Below, one piece after another: positions 50,601 to 63,856 of a stretch of 64,000 nucleotides of DNA. The stretch covers positions 71,982,001 to 72,046,000 of the forward strand of contig OZ024741.1 of the NCBI GenBank assembly GCA_964016885.1, read 5' to 3'. The DNA comes from Eledone cirrhosa (lineage: Eukaryota). Position numbers and translations under genes: made by a program. Within the stretch, counting starts at the first letter, position 1. Each line of letters begins with the position of its first letter. The notes beneath the pieces are model-generated. The model did not search any database and was not told the origin of the DNA. It worked only from the letters and a program-made list of their open reading frames with translations.

Positions 50601-51099
50601 TATCATCATCATTGATATTTTTGTGTCTGTTTTTCCCATGCTGGTTAGAGTTGGATGAGACTTTTTGATCTAGTATTCTATGGTTGGATGTCGTTCCTGA
50701 TGTCAACCCATGTTTTTTTTAAAGTATAATACTGATCTTTGCATGTTGAACTACTGAGTTTTGGGCTATAAAGAGACATTACCACCTGCACAAGTGGTAT
50801 CAAATGCAAAGTGAAGACAAACACACATATACACTCATATATGACAGACTCCTTTACATATTCCATGGCATTGGTCAGTCCAAAGCTATTGTTGAAAACA
50901 CATAACTGAGATGCTATGCAGGATTAAACTTTTATACAGAATAACATCTCAAAAAAATATATCAAGATATTTGAAATTCTCCACCTGCTTTGGTGGAACT
51001 TCATTCACATACAGAGTGCACTGCACAGACTTTCTTTAGAGGACGAGTGTCTCAGTCTTGACAGCACTGATATGCATTCTTTGCATGCAGTGCACAACA

Positions 51100-51830
51100 G
51101 AAAACCTATCCCGTGCATGTCAGATATCACGTTCCAGTAAGTTAAGTAGTTCTATGTCATCTGCAAATTCCAGCTGAATGATCTTATACCTGCCAGTTTT
51201 GATACTACTTCCAACATGGCTATGCATGTTAATTCTGTTCATGAAGATTATGAACAGAAGAAGTGACAATATGTAGTCTGACACCCATATTGAATGATTT
51301 CGACATACCACCATTTATCTGCACACAAATACTAGGGCATTGATATAGGAACTTCAAGGCAACAAGAAGCTGTTTGTCGATCCTATACTCCTGCAGATCC
51401 TTTCCCTACAAGTTCTGTGGAATGTGGTAATATGCCTTTCTGAGGTCTATGAAACAAGCACACACATACTGGCAATATTTTCAGGATTTCTCAAAGACCT
51501 ACTGCAAAACCTCTGGGGAGAATGAAATTTGGCCTGGGCTATTAAAAGAAGGTATGCTCTGGCTGATTCAAGTGTGCCAGGTAGCCTGGATCTCTGGAAA
51601 GGAAGCAAAGCAATGGTAATTGGGAGTGATAATCCCAATTTTCAAAAAGTGAGACTAGAGAGATTGCTCTAATTATAGAGGATCTCCTTGTTAAGCATAT
51701 ACTTTACTCCTCAGTAAAATGTGTGCTAAGTCTCTGGCAAACAAATATAGAGATATTTAGTCCAAGCAAGCCGATGAATTAGGTAGATTTTGTTCTAAAT
51801 GTAGAAAAGCCGATCAAATATTCACCCTCC
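51100..51830. mobile_element. Ancient RTE-like RT remnants in both orientations
   Basis: Minus strand LLFIIFMNRI..LEFADDI; plus strand near 51660 reads DCSNYRG. Confidence 0.5.
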
Positions 51831-52116
51831 TTGACTAAACACTAAAAGAAAAAAGGTTTTTATTAGAGTCAAAATTGATTAATTAACCCATTTGTTACCA
51901 TATTCCTATGATTTGCATATCAATTTGAAAATAATCAATTTAGAAGAGTTTACCTAATTTTCTCATTATTATGCTGGTGTCTGGAACATAACAAAGGTTC
52001 TTACATGAAATTATGATAGAATGTTTATAAATAAATATAAGTACTTTAAAATAAACAGCTTTATATTGTAGAACCAGGGGCAGTTTGGTATCTGAAGGGT
52101 TACATTAAATACTCTT

Positions 52117-55100
52117 CATCATCATCATCAACGTTTAACGTCCGTGTTCCACGCTTGCATGGGTTTGGACGGGGGTAGTCCCACTTGAGGCAAGAGTGAT
52201 TGTCTTGCTCGCATAGGACTGTCTGGCAGGTTTTCTACAGTTGGATGCCCTTCCTAAAACCAACCACATTTACAGTGTGGGTCTGGGAGGTTTTTACCGT
52301 GTTGCCTACACGGCCACATTACAGCGTGGACTGTGTGTTTTTTGTCGTGACACCTACACGATCTCATTTGTTTCGGCCTGGATGGCGCGGCACCAACATA
52401 ACTTTACATAGAACGGGGTGGTGTGGATGGGGTGGGGGTGGTGGCGGGACGGGGTGTAGTTTGTTAGAGATGCCTACTGGCAAGGCGGGTCTTCTCTGTT
52501 ACTGAGTACCGCCAAAGGTCACGGTCCAGTGACATTGTCTTGGAGAGGTGTAAGTGTGTGAGGTCGGAGTTTATCAGCTCATCCCATGTTTTTCTAGGTC
52601 TGCCTATTCCGTGGCTACCGTCTATCTTTATTGCCCTGCACTTTGTAATACAGCTATCGACTTTCATGCGCATCACGTGTCCATACCAACGCAGCCTTCT
52701 CTCGAGTAAACAACATCTGATCCCTCTTATCTCTAATTTTTTCCTTAGTTCGTTTATGCTTTGCCGTTCACGTATATTACTGTTACACATCCAGCGGAGC
52801 ATGCAAGCTTCGTTCCTCTCTAGTCTGCGTATATCCTCTGCACACAATGCCCAGGTCTCACTACCATGCAACATTGCTGTTCGTATGCAGGCATCGTACA
52901 ACCTGCCTTTCATTTTTAGGGAGAACCCTTTAGCAGCTAATAGTGGTATAAGCTCTCTGAACTTTTTCCAACCAGTTCTGACTCTAGCTACAGTACTTTC
53001 AGAGCACCCTCCCCCACTGCTGATTTTATCGCCCAGGTAACGGAAGCTGTCCACTATTTCTATAGAACCCTCTGCGCAATTGAAAGAGCTAGTATTTTGT
53101 GGGCACTTGCTGCTACTTATTGCACCAGAACACCGGCCACATGTAAAGTCTATGTTCTTAGTTAGCTTACCTGTGATCCCACTACATCTTTTATGCACCC
53201 ATACTTTGCATTTAGGACATAAGATGGAGTTTCTACCTACGCCTTTCCTACATACCGAGCACGACCATTTCCCAGAAGGGACCGCCGCCTTGTTTTCTTT
53301 CCTACAAACTAGAACTTTGGTCTTAGCCAGGTTAATTTTAAGTCCTTTTGACTCTAGGCCGTGCTTCCATGTTTGGAATTTCTTCTCTAGCTCGGCCATT
53401 GATTCCGCTATGAGTGTCAGGTCGTCTGCGTATAGGAGTTCCCATGGGCAGCCTGTCTTGAACTCCTCTGTTATAGCCTGAAGGGCAATAATAAATAGTA
53501 GGGGGCTGAGAACAGAGCCCTGATGGACGCCAACTTTTACGCTAAACTCTTCACTATATTCGTTGTTAATTCTAACCTTGCTGACTGTTTCTTTATACAT
53601 GGCTTGTATAGCCCTCACAAGCCATTCGTCAACGCCTAGTTTTCTAAGAGCCCACCAGATAATGGAGCGGGGGACTCTGTCGAAGGCTTTCTCCAGGTCG
53701 ACAAAAGCTAAGTAGAGGGGTTTACCTTTAGCTAGGTACTTCTCCTGTAGTTGTCGTACTATGAAAAGAGCGTCTGTGGTGCTTTTGCCTGACACAAACC
53801 CGAACTGCATTTCATCTAGATCAATTCTCTCTCTGATTAGTTGCGCTATTACTTTTTCCGTGACCTTCATGACCTGGTCGATTAATTTAATGCCTCTATA
53901 GTTACTCCTATCTAGGGCGTCTCCTTTACCCTTATAACAGTTAACGATGATGCTGCTATGCCAGTCCTTCGGAACAACCCCATTCTGTACGACTTGGTTA
54001 ACTATGCGGGTGACCATGGTGTGTCCCACCGTGCCAGATGCCTTCAGCATCTCAGCAACTATTTCCGAAGGCCCAGCCGCCTTACCAGTCTTCATATCCT
54101 TGATTGCCTTACTTATTATACTCCCCTCGACTAACACTGCTGGTCCCTCTATCGGGTCGATATGGGGGAGACTGTCTTTCTCCCATTTATTCTCCTCATT
54201 TAGTAGCCTTTCATAGTGATACTTCCAAGCTACCTTCTTATCAGTGTCGGTGATGGCAAGTATGCCATCATCGTTAAGTACACACTTCTCCCCGACAATA
54301 TCACGGTTTTCCTTGACGCATTGCCTGGCAATCCTGAACACCTCACGTTTTTGGTCATCGCGTTGTAGAACATGCTTGAACTTTCTTTCCTCAGCTTCCC
54401 TTCTTGCTAAGTACACTTCTCTCCTAGCTTCCCTCCTGGCCACTTGATAGTCTACTCTACTTCCCCCATCCCGCCATACTTTCCAAGCCTGCTTTTTGGC
54501 CTTAATTGACCCCTCCACCCTACTGTTCCACCACCATGTTACTCTCCTCCTGCCTACAGGCCTGCTCCAGCCACAGACTTCGTCTGTCGCCAACAGCAGA
54601 TTTGCTTTCAGAAATTCCCACTGTCCCTCTATATTGTCCGATTCTAGATGCTCTTCCTTACTGTCGAAAGCATCAAGTAATATGCTTTGAAATTTATTTC
54701 TGGCTGTGGGGTCCTTTAGTTTCCATATTTTCCTCCTGAGGATAGTCCTCTTCTGCTGTCGGGTACGTCTCGTCCTGACTATGAGGTCGCTAATTATCAG
54801 TCTATGTTGGGAGGTGCATTCTTCATGGGGGAGGGATTTAGTGTTTACAACAGACACTCTGTCACGTCTTCTGGTAAGGATATAATCTACCTGGCTTGTG
54901 TGTTCCCCGGATCTATAGGTAATCAGGTGATTGTCACGTTTTTTGAAGTTAGTGTTACAGATAGTTAGGTTATTTGCATCACAGTATTCCAGGATTCTGG
55001 AGCCTTCCTCATTTCTAGTACCAAACCCATAGCCTCCATGGATTTCGTCGTAGCCGTCACAATGTTGTCCAACGTGACCATTTAGGTCGCCTGCAATAAT

Positions 55101-55477
55101 TATATAGTCACTGTCAGATATTTGGGAGGTAGTTAGCAACAGTGTCTCATAGAATCTGTCTTTTATAGTGCCGGGCAGTCCGGATTGGGGTGCGTACGCA
55201 GATATTACTGTCACCGTAGTTCTATTGAGGACAAGTCTTATTTTAATTATTCTGTCGTTCACTCTATTTACGTCTATTATCTTATCTGCCCACTTTTCTG
55301 CTACCATGATTCCTACTCCACCCAGCCCATCGTCGTTTCCCACCCAGAAAAGCTTATAACATCGTTTTTTACCCTCAATGAATCTAGCAGACCCACCCCT
55401 CCACCTGGTCTCTTGAATACAACAAACATCGACCTCCTTACGTTCAAGCATTTCTACAACCTCGTTAGCGCGACCCT
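52117..55477 (-). mobile_element. RTE-clade LINE copy 2, nearly full ORF (APE + RT + PHD-like insert)
   Basis: 995-aa ORF with APE motifs (CCIQETRW, SAYAPQ, GDLNGH, VDYIL, SQH) and RT motifs; same 3' UTR and (GAT)n tail as copy 1; 5' end truncated at about KGRANEVVEM. Confidence 0.96.
52464..55451 (-). CDS. RTE LINE endonuclease-reverse transcriptase ORF
   Basis: Uninterrupted 995-aa ORF; the listed start Met is probably internal because the first APE motif is cut off. Confidence 0.93.
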   Translation of the reverse strand: MLERKEVDVCCIQETRWRGGSARFIEGKKRCYKLFWVGNDDGLGGVGIMVAEKWADKIIDVNRVNDRIIKIRLVLNRTTVTVISAYAPQSGLPGTIKDRFYETLLLTTSQISDSDYIIIAGDLNGHVGQHCDGYDEIHGGYGFGTRNEEGSRILEYCDANNLTICNTNFKKRDNHLITYRSGEHTSQVDYILTRRRDRVSVVNTKSLPHEECTSQHRLIISDLIVRTRRTRQQKRTILRRKIWKLKDPTARNKFQSILLDAFDSKEEHLESDNIEGQWEFLKANLLLATDEVCGWSRPVGRRRVTWWWNSRVEGSIKAKKQAWKVWRDGGSRVDYQVARREARREVYLARREAEERKFKHVLQRDDQKREVFRIARQCVKENRDIVGEKCVLNDDGILAITDTDKKVAWKYHYERLLNEENKWEKDSLPHIDPIEGPAVLVEGSIISKAIKDMKTGKAAGPSEIVAEMLKASGTVGHTMVTRIVNQVVQNGVVPKDWHSSIIVNCYKGKGDALDRSNYRGIKLIDQVMKVTEKVIAQLIRERIDLDEMQFGFVSGKSTTDALFIVRQLQEKYLAKGKPLYLAFVDLEKAFDRVPRSIIWWALRKLGVDEWLVRAIQAMYKETVSKVRINNEYSEEFSVKVGVHQGSVLSPLLFIIALQAITEEFKTGCPWELLYADDLTLIAESMAELEKKFQTWKHGLESKGLKINLAKTKVLVCRKENKAAVPSGKWSCSVCRKGVGRNSILCPKCKVWVHKRCSGITGKLTKNIDFTCGRCSGAISSSKCPQNTSSFNCAEGSIEIVDSFRYLGDKISSGGGCSESTVARVRTGWKKFRELIPLLAAKGFSLKMKGRLYDACIRTAMLHGSETWALCAEDIRRLERNEACMLRWMCNSNIRERQSINELRKKLEIRGIRCCLLERRLRWYGHVMRMKVDSCITKCRAIKIDGSHGIGRPRKTWDELINSDLTHLHLSKTMSLDRDLWRYSVTEKTRLASRHL

Positions 55478-55916
55478 TGCTAATTGTATTATCATGCTAA
55501 TTAAACAATTATAGCTCTTATGAAATCAAATGACAATTTGCAAACATTTTAATAAGGAATTTAAATGTCAAGTTCGGTAAATATTTCCAACACTGAAACT
55601 CAAAGATAATCAAATGATTATCAAGAATGGCAGTTTCTCCTTCAATACACTTTGAAATTTCTGTCAAGTTAAAATATGTTACCATATCTTTAATGAAAGA
55701 CACTGCCTACAATTTTAAAATAAGCATGAAAATAATCAAGAATTTGGAAAGATTTAGTAATGCTGTTGTTTGGAACATAACTAAAGAAAGGTTCTTAAAT
55801 AAAGTTATAATGGAAAATTTTTAGAACCAGACAGATGCTGTTTCAGGCAGTTTGGTATCAAATGGATCAACAAAACATGAAGCTTTAAGACCAAGGATAT
55901 AGAAACTTAAGTTTAA

Positions 55917-56114
55917 CTATTTAGCATTTAAACCAGCCATAATACTCTCACCTATTTCTGTTCAAACTGGTTGTAATGGGCCACTCATACTTATGTTAAG
56001 GTATTGTTCTCAAAATAAATAATATCAAAATCTCATAGATTTAATATTATGTGAAATAAAGTGTTTACCGTGAAAATACAATAGTAAATATAGAGTAATG
56101 TAAATACTAAAGGG
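55917..56114. mobile_element. piggyBac-type MITE, opposite orientation
   Basis: TTAA flanks at 55913-55916 and 56115-56118; interior is the reverse complement of 19692-19885. Confidence 0.75.
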
Positions 56115-56965
56115 TTAAATAGCAGTCACATCTCACACATCCTGAAATAATTTAGCAGAAAATATATTAAAACGTGTGTTCAGTCAAATGTTTAATTTCT
56201 TTAGTAGTGGATAAACCATTGTAAAAATTTGAAGTAAACTAAAATAGACTTAAATTTTTAATGTGATGCAGTCATAGTGCTGATTTCTATTTTTCACAAT
56301 TGTCTTGCTAATGTAGTTTCATGTGGTAAAGGATGTTAAGAGTTAATCAACATCTTTCTCCATTCTGTCAGTTGGGACCATGAGGTGGCTTGCATCTGGT
56401 GTTTTGACACCAAAGAGCATTCTCCCACAGCTAGCTTGTATCATAGAGGCAGCGATGGTATAGGTTGCTAATATCTTCAACATTTGTTATGAACACTAGC
56501 CATACTAGCACGTACCTGACTAGTATTCCGGTTGAAATAATTGATTTGTTAATAAATTTATCTTTTATTTTATCCTTTTTTGTAACCTGCATTTTGTGAA
56601 CAATAGTTTTGTCAGTTATGGGTTTTCAATAAGCCAATAGATGGTTCATTGCATTTAAAATAGCACAAGTGAAAAAAGATCATTTGTACAGTCTAGGCAG
56701 AATAAATAACACAAGGGATCTTTCTTCTGGGGTACCAGTTTCTCAGCAAAATATATACACCTACATAAATACATGCATGCATATTGAAAGGGAGTTGTTA
56801 TATACACACACGTACACAGAACAGTCAAGCATTAACTGAACGAGTACTCAATACATGTGAGAAGGGTTTAAGTAATTTTTTTCAGAAGAAAAAAGTGGCA
56901 GACTGTGGAAATATATATATATATATATTTTCTATACCTTTCATTTATATATATATATATATATA

Positions 56966-57423
56966 TCATCATCATCATCAACGTTTAACGTCCGTGTTCC
57001 ACGCTTGCATGGGTTTGGACGGGGGTTTTCCCACTTGAGGCAAGAGTGATTGTCTTGCTCGCATAGGACTGTCTGGCGGGTTTTCTACAGCTGGATGCCC
57101 TTCCTAACACCAACCACATTTACAGCGTGGGGCTGGGAGGTTTTTACCGTGTTGCCTACACAACCACATTACAGCGTGGACTGTCTGGCGGGTTTTCTAC
57201 AGCTGGATGCCCTTCCTAACACCAACCACATTTACAGTGTGGGGCTGGGAGGTTTTTACCGTGTTGCCTACACGGCCACATTACAGCGTGGACTGTGTGT
57301 TTTTTGTCGTGACACCTACACGATCTCATTTGTTTCAGCCTGGATGTTGTGACACCAACATAACTTTACATTGAAAGGGGCGGTGTGGATGGGGTGGGGG
57401 TGGTGGGACGGGGGTGTGTTTTG
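56966..57423 (-). mobile_element. Stand-alone RTE 3'-UTR module with an internal tandem duplication
   Basis: Matches 2449-2788; the segment ggactgtctggcggg..cacattacagcgt occurs twice (~57067-57290). Confidence 0.9.
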
Positions 57424-57439
57424 ATATATATATATATAT

Positions 57440-57640
57440 ATATGAATAAGTCAGGACCCCGACAGCTGAGCTCTTGCTGTTTCAACAGCTAGTTCAAAAT
57501 TGGAACTAGCTGTTGAAATGGCAAGAGCTCAGCTGTCGGGGTCCTGACTCATTCATATAACCATACTCTACTACCTCAAGTATCGAGTACTCTGGTGAGT
57601 AATGGTCTAACCAGTTTCTTACTGAATCTACCTTGCATCT
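57440..57640 (+). mobile_element. Second clear copy of the hairpin-ended family
   Basis: Inverted repeat 57440-57558 centred on ctagttcaaaattggaactag, then tail actctactacctcaagtatcgagtactctggtg. Confidence 0.75.
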
Positions 57641-59759
57641 TGATTTATAAAAATTAATTGTTAGAGAATACATACAGTACCAAATTCTGGAACAAATATA
57701 TTTATTGGTTTACAATAGTATTGTAGACATACTTTTGCTATATATATTCACATTATATTCCTATATAATATCCTCATTTAAAATAGATGTTAAACGATGA
57801 TGATGAAATATATGAATATACATACTGGAAAGATGAGGTTTAATAGTCTAGAAAATTACAATCTCCATGGCTATCAGAGTATATAGAAACAGCTATGTGT
57901 GTGTGTATGTGTTTGTGTGCTCCCATCTGGTTTCTAGTGAGTCAGGCTACTATTTTTAATTTTTAACCAGAAGCATGACCCCAAAACTTAGCTCCAGGTT
58001 GTGTAAGAGATATTCAGAAAGTAAGGAAAGACAGGAACAGTACGTGTAGAGATGGTGATGACAGCGATAGTGGTGGTGTGGTGGTGATAGTGGAGATGGT
58101 GGTGGTGATGGTGGTAGTGGAGGTGGTGATGGTGAGTGTGATGATGGTGGTGGTGATGGTGGTGGTGGTGATGGTGAGTGTGATGATGGTGGTGGTGGTG
58201 CAGGTGATGGTGAGTGTGGAGATGATGGAGATGGTGGTGAGTGTGGTGATGGTGGTGGTGGTATTAGACAGCTGCAACAGATGTTCTCTCAAACTCCACA
58301 TCTAACTAACCTACATCCCATGCAGATGGTCTGGGATGAAGGTGAGAGACGGGGGGGGGGGAGAAAGAGAGAGACAGGGAGACAGAGAGATGGGGGGGTG
58401 GGGGCAGAACCACCATCCCTAAATATCTTATAGAAGAGGGTATATTAGTATCACTCCCCTTCTTTCCCTTGCCCCATCTCCAGCATTCCAGTAAAGCAGT
58501 CTCTCCAGGTCTCTCCCTATAAACCAAGTGAAACTGGGTACCTTGAAAAGATGGAGTGGTGGAAGTGGTGCTGCTGGAGTGTTATATGGGGGTTGGTTAC
58601 TTGCTGGGAATATATTAATTCTTTGGTCCAGTGGAGTGAGAAAAGAGGGACTCAAATAAACACAGCAGTTTTTTTAGGGACGCAAGCTGGCGGGGGGCGG
58701 GTGGGTGGCATTGAAATGATTTCTCTGGAAGCACACTGATCACTATGTATAAGTCTTTATCTCCTTCTCTCTCTCTCTTAATACACACACACACACACAT
58801 GCATATGTGTGGGAGTGTGTATATATATATTGTTTCTACTTTTGGCACAAGGCCAGCAATTACACAGTACATTACTGGTACTTTATTTTATCGACTCCAT
58901 AAGGATGAAAGGCAAAGTCAACCTCGATATATATATTGAAAGAGTTTTATGTAAAAACATACATAGAACCAGCCAAACATTACCTGAATGAGAACTCAAT
59001 ACATGTGAGAAGTTTGTGTTTATTTGTATATCTGTGTGTGTGTGAGTGTGTGTGTATACACACAGTTGTAATATTAGTAGTAACATTCATAAAACCTGAT
59101 ATTCTGCACACCACCACCACCACCACCAACAACAACAACACACTAAACATTTACTCCTCACACTTAAACAGTCAGTGATTGAAGAGAGGAGGAGAAAGAG
59201 GGGACTAGACTAGTCCCTTCCACCACCACAACATTAGAATTAACACAGAATCAGGTGAGATGTGCAGTGATGGTTATACTATATACTGGGGGTATCATTT
59301 CATAGTAGAGAGTATAGAAGGGGGTGGAACATGTGTTGTGGCAGACACAGCAGGCTGGATGTGGTTTCATTAGAGAGAAAAAGGGGAAGATAATGAGGTT
59401 AGAGGAATGAGTTCTCTAAAATAGGGCAAATGAGAGGGAGTTTATAAACCCTAACTACCCTCTTCACTGCTGTATATAATGGAAAATAAGGTCTGTTGTA
59501 TGTGTTGCATATATACATATGTATGTACATGCACACATACAGATATATAAAGACACACACATATTGTATCTACATGCATGTATGTATACACACACACACA
59601 TTATATATATTCTTTTATTGGTTTCAGTCATTAGACTGTGACCATGTTGGAGCACTGCCTTATATAGTTGATCATATTGATCCAGTACTTATATAATAAA
59701 TTTCTTTTTTAAAGAACCTTTAAGTTACAGGACATAAAGACAAACATAAATATAAATAT

Positions 59760-60300
59760 AAACTCAGTTGCCTAATCCTGGTGAGATCTTTGCACACACT
59801 GTATGTCCACAAAACCTTCCTCTTCTTCATGTCAAAGGCAAGCTTTTACAGTGTGAGCAGTGGTATTCCAGTGTCTTCTTGAATTTGAACCTTCCATCTT
59901 GAGAAGTGTACCTTGTGGTCTTTTCCCAGGAAATTCACTTTTATAAAATTTTCTAACAAAGCTACCATCTCCTTTCCTGGTGACATATCCAAACCAGTTT
60001 AACCTCCTTTTTATTTGAGTCAGAGATGAGCTAGCAGAATTAGACAGGGTTGTGTGATGAGAATACAAATAAACCATTGAAGGTAAGTTGGATATCAGTT
60101 CTAGCTGTACTATGGGAGACAAGGGTGGTGTCTTTCTGGCAAAGTCATTGGTAAATTCTTAACTTCTTTACATCCAAGACTACTGTGAATGGTAAATAGT
60201 CACATCTTCATGCCCCAGTTTTGAACAGAACTCAATAAATCTAGAGACGTGAACTCGAAAAGAATACTGCTATGGGCAGCAGCTTAGCAGATATGACCAT
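59760..60300 (-). mobile_element. Ancient RTE-like 3' remnant
   Basis: IKRRLNWFGYVTR..GKRPQG. Confidence 0.55.
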
Positions 60301-60510
60301 GTGGTGGACAAACTTTTGTCAATAGTATATCTCAAATGATGTCACGTAGAGGAACAAAATAATAATAAAAAAATTATTGTCACTGACTGAGGTCAAATCA
60401 GCTTAGTTAGCAAGCTACTGTGATATAGATAACCTTGAGCAAAGTCTATGTTAATCAACCGCTTATTTACACTTCAATGGGCACATAATCACAAAAACAC
60501 ACACACACAC

Positions 60511-60545
<35 letters not shown>

Positions 60546-62294
60546 CCATCACCACCACCACCACATATATATACATCATTATCATCATCACCATTTAACG
60601 TCCATTTTTCCACACTGGCATGGGTATATATATATATATATATAAGTCTATCCGTGTGTGTATGTGTGTGTGTGTGTATATACATATATATTTAACATAG
60701 AGGGGTGCACAATTACATAAAAATAGACGAAAAAGTATCCCAAGTGCACCAACTGACAAAGAAGGGAGAGAACAGTGCAGGAGGGCTTAGCCAAAGGGGA
60801 CCAAATATAGAACGGAGAGGAATAGAGAAACAGAAAAGAATGACATGGACTGCAGTCCAAGATGCAGACAAAGCAAAATGACAATGAGGCATAGAAAAGA
60901 TAAAAAAGAAGAATAGAGGAAGATAGACTGGGCGGTGTGACATCTATTATATGATATATTTAAAAAAATTGATGCTATGAGTATCCAGCTTTTTAAAATA
61001 GGTACACTGTGTCCCTGCATGTCATATGAAGTGACTAACATGGTTGGCATCAGGAAGAGCATCCAACTGTAAAACATTGTCTCAAACCATCCTCTCCAAC
61101 CCATTTCAGTATGGAAAAGTGGATGTAAAAACAATGATGATCATGAAGGTGTGTATGCATGTGTGTGGATGCAACATAGCCAAATAATTAAGAAATTTGC
61201 TTCACAATCCCAGGTCCTATCCCACTGTGTGGCATTTTAGGCAAATGTTTTTTTTTTACTTACAGCTTTAGGTTGACTTGTACCTGTAATTAAAAAATGC
61301 AGCCCTATCACACTGAATCTGCCTCGGAATTATGTTGAGGGCATATGTGCTTGTGGAATACTCAGCCACTTACTCTATAATTCAATGAGTAGGGAGTTTA
61401 GTTCATAGAAGAGCAGGATTAGTCATCATAGAAACTGATGGAGATCTATTTGCTTAAAACTATGTATTGGGATAAATTGGGAACTTCAAGTGCTGTTTTA
61501 TGCCCCGATGGGAGATAACCCAATAAATATACCCAGCCATTTGATAAACAGAGATCAATAAAATGAGTTTGAGGGTAGATATTAGGTTGATATGACATTA
61601 AGATATTAAGATAAAATAGAAAGATCGAGAAGAAGGAGGAGAATAAATTAAGAAAAAAACACATGGGCATATTTAGTGAGCCATAAATACATATTATAGG
61701 ATAGGATGCCTGATAGTCAAGCTTGACCATTGGGCATCCAATCCTATAACAGTATCTGCTCTCTACTGAGTACTAAGCTGAATAATGGTTTTACTAAACT
61801 TAATTAGTATCAGCTCATCTATATACATACACACACACACACATATATAGACATATACAAACATACACACACAGATACAAATATTTGAGAATGCTAGATA
61901 TATGAAGACAGTTACCTGCCTGTTTCCCCCACCACCACCACCATATTAGTGCTGTCAAAAGTGGGAGGCATGGTAGGTTTAAAAAAATGTATGTGTGCAA
62001 CAGACTGAACAGGAAGCTGCATGGAGTTAGAAGAGTTGAGGCAGTGGTGGTGGTGGTGTTGAAAAGGGTTGAGAAAGAAGAGAAGGGGAGAACCCACTAT
62101 CAGACTTTCAGATTGAAATATAGAGAGGACCTTATGAGAGTGAGAGAATAGGGATAAAGGTAAGTAGTAAGGAGGAGGGTAGGAGAAAGATATCTCACAC
62201 ACACTGAGTATGAGTGTGTTTGTGTAGATTGTCTGTCTGTCTCTCTCTCTCTATATATATGTGTATGTAAGTATGTAAGTATGTATATATATAT

Positions 62295-62740
62295 ATATTA
62301 ATAAGAGGAATTCCAACCTTGTCTGATTTACTCGTTTTATTTACAATCCTTTAAAATTTATAATGGTATTATAATGAAATAGTATGATAGAATATTAAAT
62401 TCTAAGTGTTAATTGAACAAGTACTTTCATGCTTTCGCAATCTTCAGGTTCATAATATGTGGTGACAGTCAAGTTTGCAATTTTCAACTTTCAACCAAGA
62501 GATGTTTGGACAGTTGAAAATTGCAAACTTGACTGTCACCACATATTATGAACCTGAAGATTGCGAAAGCATGAAAGTACTTGTTCAATTAACACTTAGA
62601 ATTTAATATTCTATCATACTATTTCATTATAATACCATTATAAATTTGAAAGGATTGTAAATAAAACGAGTAAATCAGACAAAGTTGGAATTCCTCTTAT
62701 TAATATAATCTTCTATACACAATCATACACACCCGTGTAT
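62295..62740. mobile_element. Fold-back insertion with ~195-nt arms and a 22-nt spacer
   Basis: 62295-62489 versus 62512-62706 near-perfect inverted repeat next to (TA)n; hammerhead in each arm. Confidence 0.8.
62549..62587 (+). ncRNA. Minimal type-I hammerhead ribozyme (mirror copy 62414-62452, minus strand)
   Basis: tgaac-CTGAAGA-ttgc gaaa gcat-GAAA-gtac-TT-gttca; canonical CUGANGA/GAAA core and palindromic stem III region AAGTACTT. Confidence 0.8.
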
Positions 62741-62759
62741 ATCTATCTATCTATCTATC

Positions 62760-63183
62760 TTTGGCGGTACTCAGTAATAGAGAAGACCCGCCTTACCTAA
62801 ATACAAAGTAAAACCTACTACAGTCAGTAGGCATCTCTAACAAAATACACCCCCGTCCCACCACCCCCACCTCATCCACACCGCCCCTTTCAATGTAAAG
62901 TTATGTTGGTGCCACAACATCCAGGCTGAAACAAATGAGATCGTGTAGGTGTCACGACAAAAAAACACACAGTTCACGCTGTAATGTGGCCGTGTAGGCA
63001 ACATGGTAAAAACCTCCCAGCCCCACACTGTAAATGTGGTTGGTGTTAGGAGGGGCATCCAGCTGTAGAAAACCAGCCAGACAGTCCTATGCGAGCAAGA
63101 CAATCACTCTTGCCTCAAGTGGGAAAACCCCCGTCCAAACCCATGCAAGCGTGGAACACGGACGTTAAATGATGATGATGATG

Positions 63184-63185
<2 letters not shown>
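62760..63185 (+). mobile_element. RTE 3' end (last codons, full 3' UTR, (GAT)n tail)
   Basis: Reverse complement of ~2450-2868 with scattered substitutions. Confidence 0.9.
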
Positions 63186-63225
<40 letters not shown>

Positions 63226-63692
63226 GGGAGGTGAGACCTGTGTGTTTACATGAGTGTGTATATGTTCAGAATAGTATGTTTATGAGGGTGTGTATGGACT
63301 AGTGTGGAAATCAGATTTAGAGATGATAACAAATTCAGAGTTAGTTATTTACCAAGAGATGTTTGGCTGAAGTGGACCCCTTTCCCCACTCTCTCTCTCT
63401 CATATTCACACATACATACACACATATGTATATTATAGCTAATATATTTACACTAATTCAAAGTAGGGTTTCATGTACTGAGGGAACAGCAATGGGAGTA
63501 AAGTATTCTTGAAAGGACTCCTGAATATTTCTCATTAGAAAAATGAAGGGTAGCGGATTGATCATGTGAAGTTGATGAGGCAGAGAGATGGTATATGATG
63601 TGTGCATGTATATATATACAGGGTGTCCCAAAAAGGTGTATATATACACTTTTATGAGACTGGTGTTGAAGTGTGTATACATTTTTTGGGGA

Positions 63693-63856
63693 CATCATCA
63701 TCATCATCATCATCGTTTAACGTCCATCTTCCACGCTAGCATGGGTTAGACAGGAGTTGTGCCACTTGAGGTCGGGTGACCGTGTCTTGCTCATATAGGA
63801 CTATCTGGCAGGCTTTCTACGGCTGGATGCCCTTCCTAACACCAACCACATTTACA
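63693..63856 (-). mobile_element. RTE-type 3' tail fragment (related subfamily)
   Basis: (cat)n-cgtttaacgtcc..ccacgctagcatggg..ggatgcccttcctaacaccaaccacatttac, similar to the LINE 3' UTR. Confidence 0.75.
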
